Assembly: GCA_963711485.1 (NCBI GenBank)
Contig: CAVQEM010000084.1
Coordinates: 50,180 to 114,179 of the forward strand
Origin: an uncultured Actinomycetes bacterium
Lineage (GTDB): Bacteria; Actinomycetota; Actinomycetes; Streptosporangiales; Streptosporangiaceae
Reading direction: 5' to 3'
Length of the DNA: 64,000 nt
The position numbers and the translations under genes are program-made. This document shows, piece by piece, positions 57,024 to 64,000 of the stretch. Within the stretch, counting starts at the first letter, position 1; every line of letters begins with the position of its first letter. Below the pieces are notes generated by a model. The model was not told where the DNA came from and did not search any database. It was given only the letters and a program-made list of their open reading frames with translations.

Positions 57024-58400
57024 ATGGACCCTCTACCGTCAGCAGCTCCGGGAATTCTGGGAGGTAGCGAGCTGAGCGTCAGGCCGGCCACGGCCGGTGA
57101 CATGCCTTATATCGTGATTGCCTTCGAACGTGCACTCAGCCCTTACTACGGCGGCGATCACATCGCGCACGCCCATCGGCTCATCCAGACACATCTGGCA
57201 GGCGGAGTCGATCCCCGGGGGCTCCTCTCTACCAGGCAGTTACTTCTCGTCCTCTGGGAGGGCGACCATCGCCGCGGCATACTGAACCTTGTCTTCAAGC
57301 GTCAGGCCACTTGTAAGATAAGCCCGCTCATTCTGTTCCCGGACTATTACCGGCATAGAGGCCTGGGCAGCGCCCTCATTCAAACTGCTGAGCGGGAAGC
57401 CGCCAGGGTAGGCGCACGCCAGCTGTACTGTACTGTCGCACAAAGCAATCGCTCCGCCCTGCAATTCTTCATGGACCTCGGCTTTACCTTATGCGGCGAA
57501 GCGCACGAACAGTACAAAAAGGGGGAAACGGAAATGCTGCTTAGAAAGCCCATAGCGCTCGAAACTTCGCAGCCCGGCCCCGATAGCATCATCTCGGTCA
57601 TGCAAATATGCGACGATATAGCATGGAAAGAGGTCCGGGAGCTTCTTCTGGACAACCTCCCCACGCAAGTCGCCGGCGGCAATGATGAATGGCTGGAATC
57701 ACTCCGGCGCGGTCCTGACTACGAGCGGTGGGCAGCCCCGGAAGAACAGGGGAAATCCTGGGTCTACGCCGCCAGGGACCGGACCGGCCGGTACCGGGCA
57801 GCGGCTATGGCGACTTCCAAGAAAGGTGGCTCGCTGAAAATAATGCCCGTCGCCGCGACGGATCCCATCGCTTTCCGGGCACTCATACTGGATCTGCCCG
57901 TTCTTCTCGCCGGGAAGGGCCATAAGGCCTACATCCACCACACGCCGACCGCCGGTGAGGTCGCCGCCCTGCAGGACAGCAACTGGAAGTTCGAGGGGCA
58001 GTTCCCCGGCTCCTACCACGAGGGGATGGTCACCCAGCAGTGGGGATGCCCACTCGATGAGGCGGCGCCCCTGCCGGACCTCCGGATCCAGGATCGGTTC
58101 CTGAACATGATCACCAGCGGGAAGAAGTCTCTCGAAGTCCGCGTCGGCTACCCGCACATCAGGGCGATCAAGCCTGGTGCCAGCATCCGGTTCGTCGCGA
58201 ACGCCGGCCAGATGCTCTGCTCTGTCGCGGATGTGCGCAGGTACCGCAGCCTCGAATCAATGAGCAAACACGAGGATGTCGGCAAGGCACTCCCCGGCCT
58301 GGCCGCCGATGAAGCGCTTGCCCAGCTGCACGGGATATATCCGCCCGAGAAGGAACGGCTGGGAATCGTGGTGCTGGAGCTATCCCAGCAGGCCAACTGA
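57024..58400 (+). CDS. GNAT acetyltransferase + second GNAT-like region + C-terminal ASCH (PUA-like) domain fusion
   Basis: HRGLGSALIQTAEREA..ALQFFMDLGF (GNAT), then RFLNMITSGKKSLEVRVGY...GIVVLEL (ASCH pattern). Local GC is visibly lower. Confidence 0.65.
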   Translation: MDPLPSAAPGILGGSELSVRPATAGDMPYIVIAFERALSPYYGGDHIAHAHRLIQTHLAGGVDPRGLLSTRQLLLVLWEGDHRRGILNLVFKRQATCKISPLILFPDYYRHRGLGSALIQTAEREAARVGARQLYCTVAQSNRSALQFFMDLGFTLCGEAHEQYKKGETEMLLRKPIALETSQPGPDSIISVMQICDDIAWKEVRELLLDNLPTQVAGGNDEWLESLRRGPDYERWAAPEEQGKSWVYAARDRTGRYRAAAMATSKKGGSLKIMPVAATDPIAFRALILDLPVLLAGKGHKAYIHHTPTAGEVAALQDSNWKFEGQFPGSYHEGMVTQQWGCPLDEAAPLPDLRIQDRFLNMITSGKKSLEVRVGYPHIRAIKPGASIRFVANAGQMLCSVADVRRYRSLESMSKHEDVGKALPGLAADEALAQLHGIYPPEKERLGIVVLELSQQAN

Positions 58401-58504
58401 GGCATACGGGCACATTGATCCAGCTGAGCCGCTCAGCTAAGCTTGACAGCACGCGACGCAATTGCTTGCCGCATTCCGGGCGTTCAGTTCATGCAGGGCA
58501 GACC

Positions 58505-59170
58505 GTGATAACCGTGAGTGCCTCCGCACATTTAAGCCAGGACGGCCGTCCGCCGAGTGAGGACGCGGTCGAGGCTTCGATCAATCAGTGCGTCTCGGAC
58601 GCGGTCGAGGGCTCCTTCGATGAGTACCCACGGCACCTGCAGCCGATGCTGCGGCTGCGCGGCAGGCGGATATCCGATGACTCGAAAGAGTTCACCACAT
58701 ACCGGGAAATACGGTTTTCCTTCGGGGTGCTGCCGGCCGAAGTGTCCCAGTCGACAGCGGCGGGCTTCAGCTTCTGGTCAATCTGCTGGCTGGCGACATG
58801 TTCCCCACCGAAGTGCTCGGGTGCCGCTGGTCAGATGTGCGCGTTCTCACCGTCGATCTGCCGCTTGAGCTGCGGGAGAGCGCAGTAAAATCTTTCCGTC
58901 GTCACGCTCACCCGATCGACGGTATCCGCACGACCTTCCGGCTCCCCGAGGAGCGGCCCCTGCTGGCTTTTTCCCTGAAGCCGCGCGTCGGCCTTACGTT
59001 TGATGAGACCCGCGACATCACGCTCGGCGTGCTGAAGGCTGGCTTCAACATCGTCGAGCTCGACGCCAGAAATCTGGCCCTCAGGTCGGCGCCCATCGAG
59101 GACTGGATCCGCCTCGGAATTGGGCCGCTCAGGCCGGCACCCATATCACCGCCTTCGCACCCAATCTGTC
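58505..59170 (+). pseudogene. RuBisCO-like protein (form IV type), 5' part, two frame breaks, cut by the IS
   Basis: LLVNLLAGDMFP, RPLLAFSLKPRVGL (KPKxGL block), and ELDARN where RuBisCO has KDDEN. Confidence 0.6.
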
Positions 59171-59244
59171 GTAACTGGATAGGCCTGCTGTTACCGGTGA
59201 TTGTGGTTGCGCGTTGGGTAACCGGCTGCGGGCCGGGCTGGGTG

Positions 59245-60740
59245 TTACAGGACTTCGGGGATCCAGGGGTCGCCTTGGGCGGCGCGGGTGAGGGCGTCAA
59301 GCCAGCCGATGCCGTGGCGGGATGCGGTGGCGAGGTAGGAGCGGATGGCGCAGAAGATCTCGGCGCCGGTCATGGACCGCATGCAGCCGGAGACCTTGAT
59401 GCGGAGCTTGCCCATCCTGATGACCTGCTCGGCCTCGTTATTATCGAACGGAACCCGCAGGTCGTGTGGCGAACCGCAGGTAGTCCGCCTGGCGCGGCCG
59501 CGCATCCGGGCGGCGAGGGCGTGCCGTTTCTTCTGGAGCCCGCTGCGGCGGGCGGCGTTGAGGGCGATGCCGGCGGCTGCGGCGTCGCGGAAGTAGTCGC
59601 TGTGCTCGGCGAGGATCTCGGCGTCGATGCCGTCTGGCCGGCTTCGCGGGCCGCCCTGCGGCGCTTTCTTGAGGGCGAGGAGGGCATCGATGGCCTGCCT
59701 GGCCCAGGTCACGTCGTCAGGTCGGTGCCGGTCTCGGTGACCGCGGCCAGCTCCCGGAGCAGGTGAGCGTTACACAAGCGCGTGCGCCGGCGCGCCGTTG
59801 TAGGTGTCATATGGCGCCCAGGCGTCGTGGCAGGCGATCCCGGCGAAGGACGGCAGCACCCCGGCCGCGTCCATCCCCTCCTTCCCGCGCTTGGCGTGCA
59901 CGGTGACCAGCACGTACTTCCCGGCCGAGGCCGAGTGCACCCAGGCGAGCTTCCCGGCGACCCGGAACCCGGTCTCATCGAAGTGCGCCACCTCGGACGC
60001 GAGCAGGGCCTTGATGATCGCGTCGATCGCCGGGGCGATGAAGGCGGCGATCTTCCTCGCCGCCACCGCGATCACCGCAGGAGACGGGGCGCAGCCGAAC
60101 ATGTCCGCCAGCGCGGCGCAGGCCCTGTTCCGGGACAGGAACTGCCCGTGCCACAGGTACACGCCCAGCGCCGCGGCCCGCGGCCCGTACTGCACCGGCG
60201 CGGTCACCCCCGTCGGCGCGGCCGCCTTGGTCCGCGTCCCCGCAGCACGGGCATTCCCTCTCGATCATCTGGTGCTCGGTGACCTCGGCCCGCACCGGCG
60301 GGATCTCGGTCACCTGACGCCGCTCCATCCCCGTCTGCGCCGCATCCTCCAGCCTGGCTCCGCACTCCCGGCAGGCAGCGGGCTCATGCCGGACCACATG
60401 ATCAGGGTGATCGGTCAGCTGCAACGTCGCGCCCGGCTGCCCCTTCGGCCGGCCGGGCTTGCGGCCGGAGGTCTTCCGCAGCGACTTCGGCGCCGGCTTG
60501 GCCAGCCCGTCCGGCCGAGGGCGGCATGGACGAGTTCTTCGAGTTCCGCTTCACCTGCGCCGCCAGGTCCGCGACCTGCGCCCGCAGCCCCTCCAGCTCC
60601 GCCTCCAGCACCGCGACTCGCGCGTCCCGCTCGGCCAGCAGCTCCCGCAGCCGCGTGTTCGCCGTGCGCAGCCCGGCAACTGTCTCAGCCAGCGCAGCCG
60701 CCTCGCCGGGCACAGGGGGCGTATCGGGCACAAGCCGCAC
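59245..60740 (-). CDS. IS66-family transposase, at least 3 frame breaks
   Basis: Collinear pieces lie in four ORFs: a coiled-coil N-terminus, zinc-ribbon CRECG..CPCCG, HFDETGFRV, CNAHLLREL and FDNNEAEQVIRMGKLRIKVSG. Confidence 0.8.
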
Positions 60741-60838
60741 AACACCACGGCCGGCCCGCCGTGATCAAGGCGACACGCCGGGCCGGCCACAGCACTCAGG
60801 ACCGCCGCGCCGCCGCGCACAGACGCCGGCCCCGGTCC

Positions 60839-61420
60839 TCAGCCCGCACGCCCGGACCCTGCGTCCCCCGGCCCCTCCTGCGGGCCAGGCTTCACCAGCA
60901 TGCTCAGCTGCACCGGCTTGCCGGTCAGCTCCTCCAGCTCGGCGCGGAGCCGGTCGGCCTCCGCACCGCCATGGCCGGACACCACGCCCGGCCGGGCAGC
61001 CTCGATATCAACCCGGACCTGGTCCAGGTCCCCGCCGACCGCCACCGCCGATACCCCGGCCGCCTGTCCTATCCGCCGGCGCACCAGCTCACCGATCTCC
61101 TCGATGCGCAGCGCCTGGACCGTCATGATCTCCGAACCGGCGGCGACCCCGGCCTCCCCGGCCCCGGCCACCTCGATGTGGTCCGCCAGCAGCCGGTTCG
61201 CCATGTCCCGGCGGCCCGGCTCATCGGCCGCCGCATACGCCCGGGCCGCCTCGTCGGTCAGCTCCAGGTCCACATGCGGATTCAGGTACACCCGCAACAC
61301 CACCGGCGGCTGGCCCGGATCACGCCCGGCGATGACCATCCGGCGGGCGACGGTGTACTTCTCCCCGGTCTCGGCCATCCGGGCCCGGACCTGCTTCTTG
61401 AACGCGCTGTCGTCAGTCAC
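60839..61420 (-). CDS. IS-internal ORF of unknown function (C-terminal KH-like segment)
   Basis: 193-aa ORF lying inside the IR boundaries, upstream of the transposase. Confidence 0.5.
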   Translation of the reverse strand: MTDDSAFKKQVRARMAETGEKYTVARRMVIAGRDPGQPPVVLRVYLNPHVDLELTDEAARAYAAADEPGRRDMANRLLADHIEVAGAGEAGVAAGSEIMTVQALRIEEIGELVRRRIGQAAGVSAVAVGGDLDQVRVDIEAARPGVVSGHGGAEADRLRAELEELTGKPVQLSMLVKPGPQEGPGDAGSGRAG

Positions 61421-61675
61421 GCCATGTCCCTCGCGGCGACGCTGCCCCGCGCCCTGATCGCCTGGCTCAGCGGTGACTGATCTGTCCCAGCTAGCGCGAA
61501 CCGGCGGCCCTTGTCCTCACCGCCACCGCGGGCGCGGGCCGCGGCAGCTCGGAGTGCGGCAGGCGCTCCTGCCAGACCCAGGCTACCCAGCCTGCCCATT
61601 ACCTCAAACCAGCACATCCCGGCCTGCTCACGAGCCAACTCCGGCCGCAAGCCCAATGCAGACCTATCCAGTTAC

Positions 61676-61837
61676 AATCTGTCTATCCCCGCGCCGCAAC
61701 TCCTTGAAAAAGCGGCTGCCTGGGTCGAGGCCATTTCGGAATACGGGCCGCCGGTCATCAAGGTGGACGGAGGCCTCGACGGCCTGTCCAGCCTGCAGGC
61801 CATCCGGCCCGGCAGGCTGACGGACCCGGCCGGGTGA
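61676..61837 (+). pseudogene. RuBisCO-like protein, continuation after the IS, prematurely ended
   Basis: NLS|IPAPQLLEKAAAWVEAISEYGPPVIKVDGGLDGLSSLQAIR is in frame with APNLS at 59157-59170 once the IS and one TSD copy are removed. Confidence 0.55.
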
Positions 61838-61864
61838 AGGGCGGGGTGGCTGACGGCCCGGCCG

Positions 61865-62713
61865 TTATTTACGGGGCTTGTACTTGAGCCGCTTGCGCGC
61901 CTGCTCGCTCTTGCCGCTGCGCTCGTTGGCCGCAGCCGCCTCCCGGGCGGCCTCGAGATCGGCCTGGGTGAGCAGGCCGTGGGTGAGCAGGTACTCGGCC
62001 AGCTCCCGCGGGTGGCCGCGTTCCTTCCAGATCAGGCCCTGGAGCTGCTTCTTGTAGTCCGAGATGGCTCCCTCACCGCTCAGGTCCAGGGCGATGACCA
62101 CGTCCATCATCGGCACCGGCTGCGCGCCGGGCAGGCCGAGGATGAGTTCCTGGTAGTGATAAGCCATGGCCAGCCGGGCGGCCGTGTTCCGCGCGAACCA
62201 GGCCCGGACCCGGTCCGGGGCATCCGGCCGGGGCGGGCTGCCGCGGCGTCCCGGGGTTCCGTTCGGCTGGACCCGTTTTTCCTGGGTCTCGGGCTGCTCG
62301 TGGAGGGGCACGCTCGGCACGGACGGGCTGTCCGCCGCCTCCAGACGCAGCGGGAGCACCCAGTTGCCCACGCTGACCAGCCAGGTCCCGGCCTCCAGCA
62401 CCACCGGGAGGGTCTCGAAGTGGTTGGCCGGGGCGATCGGCAGGACCTGCCGGGCGGCCTGCTGCACGGCCCGGTGATTGACGGGAGTCCCCGGGGTGTG
62501 CGGAGCCAGGTAGACCGGGTAGGTGGTATCGCGGCTGAACAGCTCCCACCGGCGGTGCACGTAGCGGAGCCCCGCGCAGCGCGGCGATCGGTGCAGGGTG
62601 AGGTCCTGGTTGCCGCTGAGCAGGCTGCGGTCGAGCCAGGTGATCTCGTCGGGTGGGCAGTTCACCCACTCGCGTCGTCCGGCTGCCCAGAGGAAAAGCT
62701 GCTCCACCGCCAC
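61865..62713 (-). CDS. hypothetical protein
   Basis: 282-aa ORF with a lysine-rich C-terminus. Lies downstream of the FHA gene on the same strand. Confidence 0.5.
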   Translation of the reverse strand: MAVEQLFLWAAGRREWVNCPPDEITWLDRSLLSGNQDLTLHRSPRCAGLRYVHRRWELFSRDTTYPVYLAPHTPGTPVNHRAVQQAARQVLPIAPANHFETLPVVLEAGTWLVSVGNWVLPLRLEAADSPSVPSVPLHEQPETQEKRVQPNGTPGRRGSPPRPDAPDRVRAWFARNTAARLAMAYHYQELILGLPGAQPVPMMDVVIALDLSGEGAISDYKKQLQGLIWKERGHPRELAEYLLTHGLLTQADLEAAREAAAANERSGKSEQARKRLKYKPRK

Positions 62714-62785
62714 TATTGTGCCGTCCCCCGCCGGGTGAGTCGCCGGTATGACCCGGGACGGGGGGCTCAGGCACTTCGACGGTGG

Positions 62786-63972
62786 TCAGTCCCCGATCCC
62801 GACGCGGGAACCCGGCGCCTGCTCGTTGGTGCCCCAGCGGATCATGTCGCCGTCGTGCAGTGGCTGCTCTCCGGCGACGGGGGCGCCGTTCAGCAGCATC
62901 CCGTTCATGCCCAGGTTGGCGACCCACCACCGGCCGTCGGAGTAGGTGAACCTGGCGTGCTCACGGGACACCGTGGGCACGTCGGGAAGGCTGAGCTCGA
63001 CCGCGCCCCGGCCGGCCCGGGCGCCGGACATCCGGGTTTCGCAGACCCGCCCACCAGTGATCAGCCGCAGCGTCGGGATCATGCTGCGGGCCGGCTCGGC
63101 CACGGTGGCGAGGCCGCCCCCGCCGACGGTAGCGGCGGTGCCGACGGGGTCGGGCGCCGGCACCGATGTGGTGCGGCCGTCGTGGGCGAACGGCCAGCCT
63201 GTCCCCTGATCAGCCCCGAGGCCTGCCCCGGCCGGGTAGACGCCCACCTGGGAGTCGGGCCGGGCCGCCTGGAGGTCTTGCGGCATGTACCCGGCTCCGG
63301 GGGGAACCGGCTGGAAGCCGGACGCGGACACCGGCGAGAAGCCGGACGCGGACACCGGCGGAAGCCGGCGCCCAGCGGCCGGCCCTGCCGCAGCTGGTAG
63401 CGGCCCTCGGGCACGGATGGGTCGCTGATCAGGCTCACCTCCACCGGGCCAGGCCCGGCCAGGCGCGCCTCGTGCGCGGCCACCTGCTCCTCGTACACCT
63501 CGGCCGCGCTCATCTCCACCAGGCCGATGTCCATCCGCTCGCCCAGTGACCCGTAATCACGCGGGTTCAGCCGCAGCTCGACCGACGTCGGGGCGAGCAG
63601 CGCGCCGCTCGGGGTCACCACGAGCACCTCGGGCAGGTGGCGCAGGGCGAGCTGCAGCACCTCCTGACCGTCACGCCATGGCCGGGTGGCGATCTGCCGT
63701 ACCCAGGGGTGGTCGCGGTTCACGCCCAGGGCGCGCAGCGCCAGCACGGTCACCACGCCGAGCGCGGCGAGGAACAGCAGCACGAGGGTCCCGCTGACGA
63801 TCGATCCCGTCACCGACCACAGCACCACCCAGCAGACCGTGATGGCAGCGGCGACGGCCCACCGCCGGCGGTTGCGCCGCGGAGCGCCAGGTGGCTGCAT
63901 ACGGGGCAGTTGGCCGCGGGGCACCGGGGCACGAGAGGGCCGCGCGGGCGCCTCCATGCGATCTGACATCAC
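62786..63972 (-). CDS. membrane protein with C-terminal FHA domain, frame break inside a 24/23-nt repeat near 63320-63365
   Basis: TM helices (AITVCWVVLWSV.., LVLLFLAALGVV) are in the frame of 63972. The FHA core VSREHARFTYSDGRWWVANLGMNGMLLNG is in the frame of 63355. Confidence 0.65.
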
Positions 63973-64000
63973 ACCGTCCTTGCGCGCAGGCCGCAGCGCG

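Larger units (their letters stand above)
59171..61675 (-). mobile_element. IS66-family insertion sequence, 2505 bp
   Basis: 18-bp terminal IRs GTAACTGGATAGGCCTGC (59171-59188) and its complement with one mismatch (61658-61675). An 8-bp direct repeat AATCTGTC flanks both ends (59163-59170 and 61676-61683). Confidence 0.85.

Overview
High-GC (~72%) actinobacterial chromosomal segment. The left 12 kb is housekeeping: otsA, an EEP phosphatase, DUF3263-otsB, SAM hydroxide adenosyltransferase, a membrane-anchored S8 peptidase with a ~2 kb repeat-rich tail, a PlsC-type acyltransferase, LCP, nitroreductase, a SnoaL-like protein and tRNA-Thr. The main result is a two-part coenzyme M (CoM) island at 12.5-33.6 kb and 44.2-51.4 kb. 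It contains a clear 2-ketopropyl-CoM oxidoreductase/carboxylase (2-KPCC) homologue followed by two SDRs. It also has three MetE-fold zinc alkyltransferases of epoxyalkane:CoM transferase type, and an orphan TPP-dependent E1 alpha/beta pair with no E2 or E3. A CoA module is present: acylating aldehyde dehydrogenase, CoA-disulfide-reductase-like flavoprotein, CoA-transferase A/B and an ADP-forming acyl-CoA synthetase. Regulation appears to involve two MEDS + PucR regulator sets. A translationally coupled operon (comA, unknown ORF, AFS lyase, DcyD-like PLP enzyme, AFS lyase) matches the bacterial CoM biosynthesis gene set. No alkene monooxygenase or other oxygenase lies in the window, so the entry substrate is unknown. 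A 10.5 kb exopolysaccharide and two-component block (GT2 synthase, GH26-like, GH12, epimerase, hybrid kinase, LuxR regulator) splits the island. The right end (51.4-64 kb) is accessory: GNAT fusions, a Nudix / ComF-like PRTase / DprA-like / GNAT-ASCH cluster, a degraded RuBisCO-like gene cut by an IS66-family element with intact inverted repeats and an 8-bp target duplication, and FHA-domain genes. Two caveats apply throughout. There are at least 13 reading-frame breaks, many of which look like 1-nt indels, so assembly error cannot be separated from real gene decay. Short tandem repeats (9-35 nt) are also unusually common inside genes, and some are out of frame and inactivating.
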